A DNA stretch of 64,000 bases from Spongospora subterranea f. sp. subterranea (Eukaryota): contig JAUGWO010000084.1 in the NCBI GenBank assembly GCA_049724395.1, positions 1 through 64,000 on the forward strand, in the 5' to 3' direction. Below the pieces are notes generated by a model that was not told where the DNA came from, made no database searches, and was given only the letters and a program-made list of their open reading frames with translations. The position numbers and the translations under genes are program-made. Position 1 is the stretch's first letter. Each line of letters opens with the position of its first letter. Positions 51,246 to 63,139 of the stretch are shown in pieces.

Positions 51246-52789
51246 TACCATAAATTTGAAGATCATTTCGTCGTTTTTTATCGTTGCAACTCAATCGCGC
51301 AAATAGCAAAACATGTACTGGGCATTGTTCTATATTTGAGTAGCAGTGCTATGATCCAGCAGTCCCTGAGCATTCAAAATCTTAGTTAGGCTTCTACCTC
51401 ACAGGGATATAAATCCAAATTTTACTTTACGAATTGATATGTTTCGCAGCCCATCAAGCATCGCCAAGATCGATGTCCTGCTATCCTTCCACTGTCTTTC
51501 AATGCATCTAATTCGTTGTCAAATCAATTCGCAAAATAAACAATTGGTGGAACAGTGGATCTTGACTGACCAGATTGCCAGCAGCAAATAGATCAGTTGG
51601 ATCAACTTCACGCTTGATGGCTTTCAGTAAGGATAATGAAGCTGCTCTTTTCAGTTGTGTTGTACCCATGGTCATCATTTCCCCGTTCATTCGTTGATTG
51701 GGGCATATTACTCTTGAGAACCGATTCAGTTCAGGATTAGAGGCGTCCAATCTGTGTCGGGGACTCGGACCATACAAATCGGGCATTCGACGTTGTTATA
51801 CAAAGGTGGGTTGAGTCAGAAAACATCCACGGCTTCTGGTGCAGACTCCTTGCTGATGAACAAAATCGCTTAAATGCCGAAGATTTCATCAACGTTTAAA
51901 AGACCTCGATGGCGCCATTTTGTTTGAAACGCTACTCTGGTCGCAGTATCGGAAGATATCGGGTGCGGGAGCGAACCTGAGGTCACCCGTATCAGGAACA
52001 AAACAATCGTCGCAATCAATAATTCATAGATGAAACATGAGGTTTGATTGCGGAAGGATCTATCGGACGCAAGATGGCAGTTATTCATCGACGTCAAGAG
52101 GATGAACTTCTTGATGAACCCGTTCTCGTTGAAATAATGGGGAGGCTACTCGCAATATGCAATTGATATCGATTTCAAGGGTTCGGATTGACGGCTGGTC
52201 AAGGGGCTGACCCCCCCCCCCCCCTCCCAGTTCGTTATTGGACATAAGGTTCCCAACAGTTTCGGGCGACATAGATGCAAATACTGAAACTTGGCCACAA
52301 CAATCAGATCGCTACGTTTATAGGCTTAAGCGCCCGTTTTTTCAATGCATTCGTCGGACGAAAACAAGCCGATCGTCCGTCTGCGATATGAAACTTGTAT
52401 TGCACAGCGATCCCCTATACTAGATGCTAAGGTCTGGCGCACAGCACGAATGTCAACCAGACCATGAAATCGAATCGCTGTGAGATCGTGATTCAAGTGT
52501 TGATTCGTGTTTTTTTCGATTCATCGTCGTCAATTCCTTGACCTTACGCAGATGAACCGGTGAAGCAGTTTGTCAGTCCTTCCCCCAACCCGCTGAAGAA
52601 CAATTATTCGCGATAGGAGATTGACATTCGATTCCCTTTCTTTTCGTTTCTGTCCGGTGTTGGTTCTCTTTTAACGCCAAGAGATTGTAAGAGCCCGGTT
52701 GTCTGGGGTGAATCGCAACCGCTTTGTTTAAAAGGGCTGGATCAGCGGACGAAATAGTGACTGATCGTTTAATAGATTAATACAGCTTG

Positions 52790-53465
52790 AATTAGATAGT
52801 GTTCACTGTTGAATACTTGTTAGGAATTGTCGTAAAGGAGAATGGACCATTCCAGGCGCCAGCGCCGAGGATAGGTCTGCTGGTTGTGCCAGGTTTATGA
52901 AGCTTCGGAAGGATGTGGAATCTGGGTAGTCTATCCAGTGGAACAGTCTTCGAGGTACTATACCCAAATTCCACATCCTTCCGAAGCGGCGTTTGTCGAG
53001 TGTGAAGGCGGTTAGGTCTAGGAATCCACAGTAGTGCAGCTCTTGGGGAATGTTAGATCGATATCTTCTATAAATTGGATCATGTTAACACGAACGAAAA
53101 AGTATGCTTCGATGGTCTCACGATCCTGAATATATCATCGACGTAGCGGTAGTAATGGAGACAATGTGGAGCGAACTGCTTATCGAAGGCGTTCAAGTCG
53201 AGGTTGGCGCAGACTACCCCAGCGTTGGCTCCCATCGCGATACCATCTTTCTGTCTGTAAAACGGAAGATTTTTATGTAGATGGGATTCCTGGTTGTGTT
53301 CTGGATAACTTCGTATAAACGGTTATGTTGGTGCAGAGACTGCTAACATCGGCGGTGACAAGCACATGGTCCGTCTGGGATTACAATTCCCAAACGATTG
53401 ATTGGTTGTATTTGATAGGAATTGTCGTAAGGAGAATGGACCATTTAGTAGTGATCCAGGCGTGA
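52790..53465 (-). mobile_element. Penelope-like (PLE) reverse transcriptase remnants, degenerate and out of order
   Basis: FHILPKLHKPGTTSRPI, VLVTADV, YRQKDGIAMGANAGVVCANL, YYRYVDD and FLDL motifs, with stops and frameshifts. Confidence 0.75.
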
Positions 53466-53889
53466 CGCACACGTGCTAACATTGACAGTTCATTTCTGGC
53501 TTCCGAAGAGTTCTTGGGCACCTTAGTCGACTATCCATCCAAGGCTATTCTCTGATCACTCACATCAACACATATGGCAAGACAATCATTACCTTACCTT
53601 TAGCCAAACCCAGCCAGCTGTTTCACAAATATAAAGAATCAGGTACAGCTAAAGATCGTCACTGCAGACAGAAATATAGGTCTTCTATGACCCGATTCAT
53701 CACGTTCAAAAAGTATTTCAAATGATTCGTTCCATGTAAGATTATCAACTGCAGGCTTAAACAATGCTCTCAAAGGAGGGTGTTGTTTGTTGAGATCAAA
53801 AGATTTTGCCTGGGATCCAATACACAAAAATGGCAAATACGTCCATAATTTGCACGACCGTCTTTTGTTGCAATCCATTGGACGATCCA

Positions 53890-55010
53890 GTTGGGTTTGC
53901 CGCCTATGTTTTTGTTAGTGTATTCTACCTACCCACAATGGATCAAGCCGTTCGCAAGCCTCAAAGCCTGTTTCGCCATGTATGAAAACGACATCGGAAA
54001 TCGTGTTGCCGTGCTTCAAGTCGATAATGGAGGTGACCTCATGTCGATAGACTTCCAACAGATCCTCTCATCTCATGGAATCCGACGTCAGACATCCATC
54101 CCGTATACTCCACAGCAAAATGGGTTTGCTGAGCGTATGCACAGGACATCATTGAGCTGCGCACGAGCAATGGACTTCCATCCTCATTCTGGCAGTATGC
54201 AATGACCGCTGCCTCCCACATTACAAACCGCCTAGGTACCAGCAACAGACCGATCACCTTATGAAAGATGGACAGGAGGACCTATCATCCTCAAATTGTT
54301 CGGATGCCGAGCGTACGCTCTCGTACCTGATCAACACAGGAAGAAATTAGACCCACTATCGTCTGAGAGCCATTTTCTAGTGGTACAAACCGACAAGGGT
54401 GGATCGTAGAGGATGAATCGACTGGAAAAGAATTTCACTGGCCGAGACGTGCAATTTTACCAGTCGATACTACCAAAACTCGCCCTCCGATAACAACGTC
54501 AGAACATCAAACTGAGAGTGAGAGGACCTCGAATCAAATTCCCTCTACAATCTGATGATATAAGGAGAAATCAATGAGTTCGAGCAGAACCCGACCCGTC
54601 TTCATTCAAGAACAGGAAGACGATTATATCCGACGTCACAGGACGTCGCCGAACCCACTAGGATGTGCTTTCGTGCATCAGAAGGGGGATCCGCCAAACT
54701 GTGTAGCAATGGCTGATGCACGTTGCTCACCTCCGGCATGAGATGCGATTTGACACCCATCGTATGTACAACGACAATATCGCTGCGGTCGAGATTGCCA
54801 ATGGCGCCACATCGTCATCACGAACAAAGCACATCTCCTTGAAGTTTCGCTTTGTACGAGATCATGCCGAAAAGGGAAATATCAGAATCAGGCGATGCCC
54901 CACTACCTAGAGGATTGCCGATCCACTCACAAAGCCGTTGTTAGATTTTTTATCCAAATTTACACATTGCTCTTTGATTTGGGGGCAATTACAAATCGCA
55001 AGGGAATGTT
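53890..55010 (+). mobile_element. Ty1/copia remnant: integrase core and RNase H, RT deleted
   Basis: LQVDNGG, PYTPQQNGFAERMHRT, FGCRAY..VPD..RKKLD, then YNDNIAA...RTKHI...FVRD and IADPLTKPL. A purine-rich stretch followed by TG at ~55007 may be the PPT/LTR start. Confidence 0.85.
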
Positions 55011-55075
55011 AACTTTATTTGTAAAAAAGGTGTAAAAAACTGCTATGCGGAAATGCTCTACCGATTTGAATTATA

Positions 55076-58000
55076 CTCCCTCCGTTCGGAAATAAAAGTC
55101 TCACGCACCTTTTTTTTTTGTTCGGAAATAAAAGTCTCACGCACCTTTTTTTTTGTTCGGAAATAAAAGTCTCACGCACCTTTTTTTTGTTCGGAAATAA
55201 AAGTCTCACGCACCTTTTTTTTTGTTCGGAAATAAAAGTCTCACGCACCTTTTTTTTGTTCGGAAATAAAAGTCTCACGCACCTTTTTTTTTGTTCGGAA
55301 ATAAAAGTCTCACGCACCTTTTTTTTGTTCGGAAATAAAAGTCTCACGCACCTTTTTTTTGTTCGGAAATAAAAGTCTCACGCACCTTTTTTTTGTTCGG
55401 AAATAAAAGTCTCACGCACCTTTTTTTTGTTCGGAAATAAAAGTCTCACGCACCTTTTTTTTGTTCGGAAATAAAAGTCTCACGCACCTTTTTTTTGTTC
55501 GGAAATAAAAGTCTCACGCACCTTTTTTTTTGTTCGGAAATAAAAGTCTCACGCACCTTTTTTTTTTGTTCGGAAATAAAAGTCTCACGCACCTTTTTTT
55601 TGTTCGGATTAATAAAAGTCTCACGCACCTTTTTTTTGTTCGGAAATAAAAGTCTCACGCACCTTTTTTTTTGTTCGGAAATAAAAGTCTCACGCACCTT
55701 TTTTTTGTTCGGAAATAAAAGTCTCACGCACCTTTTTTTTGTTCGGAAATAAAAGTCTCACGCACCTTTTTTTGTTTAAAAGTCTCACGCACCTTTTTTT
55801 TTGTTCGGAAATAAAAGTCACGCACCTTTTTTTGTTCGGAAATAAAAGTCTCACGCACCTTTTTTTGTTCAGTCTCACGCACCTTTTTTTGTTCGGAAAT
55901 AAAAGTCTCACGCACTTTTTTTTTGTTTGTTCGGAAATAAAAGTCTCACGCACCTTTTTTTTGTTCGGAAATAAAAGTCTCACGCACCTTTTTTTTGTTC
56001 GGAAATAAAAGTCTCACGCACCTTTTTTTGTTCGGAAATAAAAGTCTCACGCACCTTTTTTTTGTTCGGAAATAAAAGTCTCACGCACCGGAAATAAAAG
56101 TCTCACGCACCTTTTTTTTGTTCGGAAATAAAAGTCTCACGCACCTTTTTTTTGTTCGGAAATAAAAGTCTTTTTTTTTGTTCGGAAATAAAAGTCTCAC
56201 GCACCTTTTTTTTGTTCGGAAATAAAAGTCTCACGCACCTTTTTTTTTGTTCGGAAATAAAAGTCTCACGCACCTTTTTTTGTTCGGAAATAAAAGTCTC
56301 ACGCACCTTTTTTTTTTTGTTCGGAAATAAAAGTCTCACGCACCTTTTTTTTTGTTCGGAAATAAAAGTCTCACGCACCTTTTTTTTTGTTCGGAAATAA
56401 AAGTCTCACGCACCTTTTTTTTTGTTCGGAAATAAAAGTCTCACGCACCTTTTTTTGTTTTTTTTTTGTTCGGAAAGTCTCACGCAAAATAAAAGTCTCA
56501 CGCACCTTTTTTTTTGTTCGGAAATAAAAGTCTCACGCACCTTTTTTTTTTGTTCGGAAATAAAAGTCTCACGCACCTTTTTTTGTTCGGAAATAAAAGT
56601 CTCACGCACCTTTTTTTGTTCGGAAATAAAAGTCTCACGCACCTTTTTTTTGTTCGGAAATAAAAGTCTCACGCACCTTTTTTTGTTCGGAAATAAAAGT
56701 CTCACGCACCTTTTTTTGTTCGGAAATAAAAGTCTCACGCACCTTTTTTTTGTTCGGAAATAAAAGTCTTTTTTTTGTTCGGAAATAAAAGTCTCACGCA
56801 CCTTTTTTTGTTCGGAAATAAAAGTCTCACGCACCTTTTTTTTGTTCGGAAATAAAAGTCTCACGCACCTTTTTTTTGTTCGGAAATAAAAGTCTCACGC
56901 ACCTTTTTTTTTGTTCGGAAATAAAAGTCTCACGCACCTTTTTTTTGTTCGGAAATAAAATACGCAAGTCTCACGCACCTTTTTTTTGTTCGGAAATAAA
57001 AGTCTCACGCACCTTTTTTTTGTTCGGAAATAAAAGTCTTTTTTTTTTGTTCGGAAATAAATGGCTCACCTATTAAAAGCTCAGGGATCCTGTGTTCAAT
57101 AATTAAAGAATCTCAATTCATCTGTTTGGTGTCCTTGGGTGACGCTGTAGCAGTTTTATTTGATGGAATGGGCAGGGAAAAGCTCAGAAAACGGGTTCAA
57201 TGAGGATTTTATTCATCAGTACTCTCTGCATCCTTCTTCGCTTGATGCAAAACTGCAGTTTCACATGGCATTGCATCTGGTAAATCACCTTGGCGCCTAA
57301 GATGTTCCTTGCCCATATGAGGCAACTTGTAATTATTGCCCACCTTCACTTTCATTATCTCTGTCATACATAGCTGGAGAGTTAAAAAGATATCGTTAAG
57401 CTTTTCCCTATCCATTTTCTCAAATGAAATTGTGACAGCGTCGACCAGTTCGTCGATATTCTTGGGTGCTTGTTGATGTTGGAGGGATTGAATGGCACGA
57501 AAAAAGCCCAGATCAAGAACGTTCAGGTCTGGGCTGTTCGCTGGCTGAAAGGTCAACTGAATGTCAAATCCATCTTTTCTCGCCTCATTAATAAATTCTT
57601 CGTCTGAAGCGTGAATATGTGGTCTGGCATTGTCCTGCTGGATATAGATGGGTCCAGTCCAATAACCTGGCCATTTCAAACGAATCGCTGGCATGACTTT
57701 GTCAATAAGGCACTTTCTGATCACGTCTTTGTTAATGGCCTCAATGGGTTTGGTGACCATAGTTCCAATCAGGCGGTTTTTGCTGCTTCGTTTTGCTGGT
57801 TCTTGGAAGACAAATGGGAATATTCCCAGCTTTCCGTTGAACCATTTGTTCCTAGCCCGGTCCCATCGCGGTCGAGCTACTGCTGCCATGAACATAACTT
57901 TGATGATGAAGCGTTTGCTCTTGCAAGTACGATGTGGTGGAGTTTCATCTGACGCCAAGTAAAATCGTCGAGTAGTTTGAGTCATATAAAACCATTTCTC

Positions 58001-58918
58001 GTCAATATGGACAACGTTCATCATGTCATGAAAAATTGGATTGAGATTGGGTGACACGGTTACCATGGAGATGCAAAACTTCAGCCTTTGTCATCATATT
58101 GGCCTCAGTGAGGAATGGCTTTATTGCGTTTGAGTGCGCCTTCAGAACTCCGTCCTTGACTCTTGCATGTACTGATGCGGAACTGTAGATCCTCAACCAA
58201 CGCTCATCAACTCAACATGACATGCGTGAGTATTGAAAGATTCAACGCGCACGCTAGCGACCGAATGTTCGATCGTTGTTGTAACGGAATTTGTTTGATT
58301 CTCTCTGGATCAATGATGATTTTCTTTCGACCAACGTTTCCTCATTTTTGTGAAAAAAGAACGGCAGGATGTATTCCGTTGCCACTGGTTTTCACTCCCT
58401 GGTTTCATATCCTACTCACAGTTCTGCGCGAAACAGCGAATTGACGGCTTGCTGATGCAATTGACCCACCAACAAACTTTCCTGCAATACTCATCTTCAA
58501 AATATATTCGTATATCACGCGCCGCTGATCATCAGTAAGGTTTTTCTTTCCTTTTCTACCAGCAAATTCTTCTGGAACGATGACGATATCCGCTGACTGT
58601 TGAATCTCGGCTATTGCTTTCTCAGAAGCCATGTTGTCTTCTCCAGCTCGGCTGAGGTCTTCTGCAGGTGCAGTCATGTTTTCAGATGTTAGATCAACAA
58701 TGTCGATGCAGCGGTGCCGCTTAAACAAATCCTGTAAACCCTAATTTTTATGCGGACCTATTTATAGTTAGAAATGACCCTCGAAGCTCAAAATTTCGGG
58801 ACAGAATTGCACTTGAGGGCTGCCTCATGATCCAATTCTAACAAAGGGGGTTGCGCTATAAACAACCTTAATCCACGCACTTATTTCAAACAGGACTTTT
58901 ATTTCCGAACGGAGGGAG
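55076..58918 (-). mobile_element. DD39D mariner element (decayed transposase ~58728-57209) with TA target-site duplication
   Basis: TIRs CTCCCTCCGTTCGGAAATAAAAGTC (55076) and GACTTTTATTTCCGAACGGAGGGAG (to 58918), TA on both sides. VHIDEKWF and QQDNA, with 39 residues to the D of LNVLD. Frameshifts and a ~55-bp insertion near 58175-58230. Confidence 0.93.
55084..57061 (+). repeat. ~35-bp tandem array derived from the mariner TIR, ~55 copies
   Basis: Unit GTTCGGAAATAAAAGTCTCACGCACC(T)7-10. Its first 17 bp equal the inner TIR. Confidence 0.96.
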
Positions 58919-59032
58919 TAATATACACCCCATATATACACTGAGGTTGGCTCGGTCAAGGTCGAGAAAAAGGTCCGCACCTGTCCGCGTCACACCAAAT
59001 TTTGGGGCTTCAACACAAGAATGGGGTTTCCT

Positions 59033-59852
59033 GGAGCGTAGGCAATAGAGTATTTTACAGTTCCCTATAATCCAGTGTCCTGCGACACCCCGAGAAATAT
59101 GTTTTTCGAGGATTTTCGGAGTACGGTGGGGGTCTTTATCAAAAAATTCTTTGATCCTGTGCTTCATACTATTGTTTACCTGAGGATCATCCATCATTCG
59201 GCATTTACCTGTACCGAAAATCCGAACAATATAGAGAATTACAGTGTGTTTAGCTGGTGAGGACAGGGCATCAGCCTCAAAAATGGCGACGTGTTTTCCT
59301 CGATTTAAAACTTCTGAGAATCCATCAACAGTACCTGTATTGGTGTCGTATATGGCTCTACAAAACAGATTCTGTTCTCCTTCAACCTCTGCGAAACACC
59401 GCACCGATGTGCATTTGGCGAAACGTCGCCTCATTTGATGGGGTTCGTTGATCGCCATTTGTCTTCATGCAAAGAAGCTGCACGACCGCCAACTGGGATT
59501 TCAACACTGTGTGCGGCGGTAACGTCATTCGTATCTGTTTCAACGTTACAGCTTTGCGCATTGGTTGAAGGTCACCACGGGTTGATGGATCCTCAGAAGT
59601 TTTGATCCGAGGAAAACACCTCGCCATTTTTGAGGGTGATGCCCTGTCCTCACCAGCTAAACAAACTGTAATTCTCTATACTGTTCGGATTTTCGGTACG
59701 ATGATCCTCAGGCAAATAGTCCTATGAAGCACAGGATCAAAGAAGTATTGGATGAAGACCCCACCGTACTCCGAAAATTCTCGAAAAACATATTGCTCGG
59801 TGTTGCAGGACACTGGATTAGGAACTGGAAAATACTTCGATGCCTACGCGCC
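59033..59852. repeat. Diverged inverted repeat of an unidentified coding-like (probably TE) fragment
   Basis: 59033-59329 matches the reverse complement of 59581-59852. Both arms encode MKHRIKE..D.DP...GVAGHWI.N.KIL.CLR. Confidence 0.85.
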
Positions 59853-61899
59853 AGCAAATTTAAAGCGTTGTCAAGCGCGTTAGGCGAGACAATGTGCAAA
59901 TCAATACGCTTGATGCAGTTTTTGACGAAACTTGCAACACTCAAGCCAGCTCAGGTATGGGAAGAACAGGACCCTCATAATGATTATATTTCTGCATTGA
60001 CGAGCGTGACATATTCGTCTTTCGAAGGCTGCATCTGACTGTTATATTGCAGGCATTGGGCAGACGCCGATTGCACATCCCCCAACTTGTGGAATAATGC
60101 CCACGTGAATCCGAAACTAATCGAACGGGTTTCACCTATCACCAGTGGCATCAAAGCGTATAATTTTGCGATTCAACAAACTGAGATCCGGGGGGCTACT
60201 TCATTCCCGATTGGTTGATAACGTGAGGGAGGTGCTGGTATCTCAGTTCGAGCATCCATTGGTGGATGGACAATGCGGATTTATTGGGATTAAAAAAGTC
60301 ATCGATGACAGATTTTTTTTTATGAATGGAGCGCCTTGGCATGCCACCTGATGGGTGTTTAGTCTCAGTTGATCCACGAAACTATTTGTTCAAGTTTGGA
60401 ATTTGCGAGGAGTTCCTCCGACGGTCGACCGGTTGGTAAACCGGTCAATATCAGTAAACCGGTGGCGCCGCGGTCGCCTTCACCGAAATGTTACCACTGG
60501 CCTCCCAGGTCCAACACCAAATCTCCAAAACCGTGATCCAGTCGCTGGACCTGACCGTCCCATGCTCGCAGGACCGGAGCTGCAGATGGAGTAATAAACC
60601 GTTGCCATGTTGCAATCCAACAGTTCAACTGCGAAAATTTTTTCGAATGTCCATTATCATCCAGGTAGCAGCAATGGGTTTGGATATCGGCACCTCAATA
60701 TCGTTTTCGACCAATCGGTAATGAAGTAGCCCCAAGGCAGTTGCAAAAACGGGGTCCAGCAATTCGGCCACGATTGCTGAAACGGCAATACAACGACCTC
60801 GAAACAGCCCTGTGTGTTTGACGTACAGTCTAGTGTGTTTAATATAGTCGGCGTTATTGCTACTTGGAGGGTTGACGATCCAAAACAAGTGTGTTGGCTT
60901 ATATTGGTCAGTTTACAGTACCTGTACTCGCCAACGATCGCGGAACGTTCTTGTTTGCCCAATTGGCGTCTGGGAAGAGGAGTCTAATGAAAGAACATCC
61001 TCGTGTGATACGGTATCGACCGGTTTGCACCCCAGGGCAGACCACAAACATTGTGATCGGATCGAGTGTTTGCCTGTAGCAAGTACGGCCTGGTTCGGGT
61101 ATTAGACAGTTCAGGTCGTCGCAGTCCTCGTCCAAAATTCTAAGCCCGCCGTACTTGCTGCGGGCGAACACAGGGTGTGTTATATCATACACAGCCTAGA
61201 TCACAAAACGTTCAGGTCTGCGTGATGGATCTCCTGGAACAGATTCGGAGGCCGTCAGTGCCCAAATTTACGGGAGGGAATATCTGAAACCAGCTGTTGA
61301 GTTTTACGGTGCCATGCCGACAACCACCGTTGTGAGATTATTTGCTGGTCATCGCGCTCCTAATTATGCCAATCAGGCTAGTCAGTAGTTGCCGCCAACG
61401 AGACTCGTCATGCAACGGGCAGCGTCAAGTTCAGTTCTCCACTGCGAACCAATGATTCTAGGGGATTGGGCGAGAAACACTGACGAATGCCAACCCTGAA
61501 CCACTCTCGTACACATCTAACAGATCCCCAATATGTTATATCGGGTAGTCAAGCAATTCGGGTGCCCTCTCAGCCCAAAGACCGCCGCAGTGGTTGTTCT
61601 TGTGGCTTCTTCAAAGGTAGTTCTGATAAGAATTGTTACTGTACTCTCACAGATTATTTCTGGGGAATAGTAGGTAGTGCCTGTCTGTTTGCGATTTTAC
61701 TGTTGTTTCTTTACAGCAACTTCTGTACCATTTGTGAACGCGATAAGTGCCAATTGATAGGGTTCACAGGCAAATCTCAAACTTCTTCGTTTTGTTTGGC
61801 TTTTCAAGTTGGCCGCAGTCCCAGTACAGACGCTCAAGTTGAATACGGAGATTAAGATGACGAGGAATCCAAAGCTGACGAGCTGATCGGATCATCATA

Positions 61900-62583
61900 A
61901 TGAAAGATAACATCTGGTAAACGCGGTTCCCACGAATGAACATCCTGTTGAAACTGCTATCTTGGTCAGCAATTATCTAGCAGCTTTCGCCCATGTGATA
62001 CTATCGTGTCGAATCGGACCTGATCGCGATCGACAAAAAATATCTCGATCGCACGCTACTCCTATTGATGGTTTCACCAATGCCAACATCGAGTCGCGTA
62101 TCCGACGCCAAATCGCTTCTCGAGACCATGTTCAACGGCTGGAAATCGACCTTCAACCACAGTGTGTCGTACCAGGTGTCTCGCGACAACGTCGTCGAGT
62201 TCAACGTCGCATTCAGCCGTTGTTCCAATGAACAGCCCATTCCTGGCAATGTCGTCAACGTGTTGTTCATGGTCGAATTTCACCCAACCCAACCGGCGAA
62301 AATCAGCTTTCAGATCGAGGGGTAAACTGGTCGCCGTTGATTGAAAATAATTTTGGGGTCGTCGAATTGATCTGTTTCTGTGTTTGTCGACGAGTTCAGG
62401 GAGCATTTTCTCTATGGGATTCCAGATGGGCAAGGACCATCGCGGAATATCGACCAGCTCATCATCGACAATCTCAAGTTCAAACAGCGCCTGCGCGATG
62501 CGTTCACCCCCCAGATCATCAGCATCAACGACAGCACCCAGATGTTGCCGATGCAGAGCAAACACGGTCTCAATACACAGTGA
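61900..62583 (+). CDS. AKAP14/AKAP28-like ciliary protein (spliced; boundaries uncertain)
   Basis: W....F.VAFS....PIPGNVVNVLF.V...P..ISFQIEG, intron, then FREHFL...I..K. This resembles the AKAP28 family pattern. Confidence 0.45.
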
Positions 62584-63139
62584 TCTGGATTTCGTGACCA
62601 ACGCGCAACCCGATTCCGGCCGACAATTGAACGCCACATATGTTACAACGTGTTGTCAGTGATGTTTTCGCCGAGATAGTATCGTTGGAATTGCTCGGAG
62701 CAAGATATTCAAGTTCAACAGAATAGTTCACAGAACGAAAATGGAATTCTTATCGATAAATTCAGGATCGCAATGACGAAAAAGCGAATCTCGCTCAACA
62801 TGACTGTATTTACCGAAAAACAAAACCGCCGACGACGAGCAGAACCCAAAATTCCATTTAGCGAACGGGGATAATGGGGACTCTCCCCAGGAACCAGCCC
62901 ATGGTAGATTTATCTGGAGGAAATCGGGTGGTGGACCACGGGTTGACTCATCGGGCGATGACACAACTGAAGGGGGGGAATCGGTCGTGTTGGTGAGTCG
63001 GCATGAGTCATATTGGAGTAGGGGATTAGAGTCCTCGTCGATCCCCAATCATTCTACAATTAAATTCGGGTTCACGACTATTAAATCAAAGAACAACCGA
63101 CACTTCTATATCGAAAGTCGTACAACAACAAAGACAATA

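Noticed and set aside
55015..57076. Lys/Phe-rich repetitive ORFs
   Set aside because: Artefacts of the TIR-derived array with variable poly-T length.
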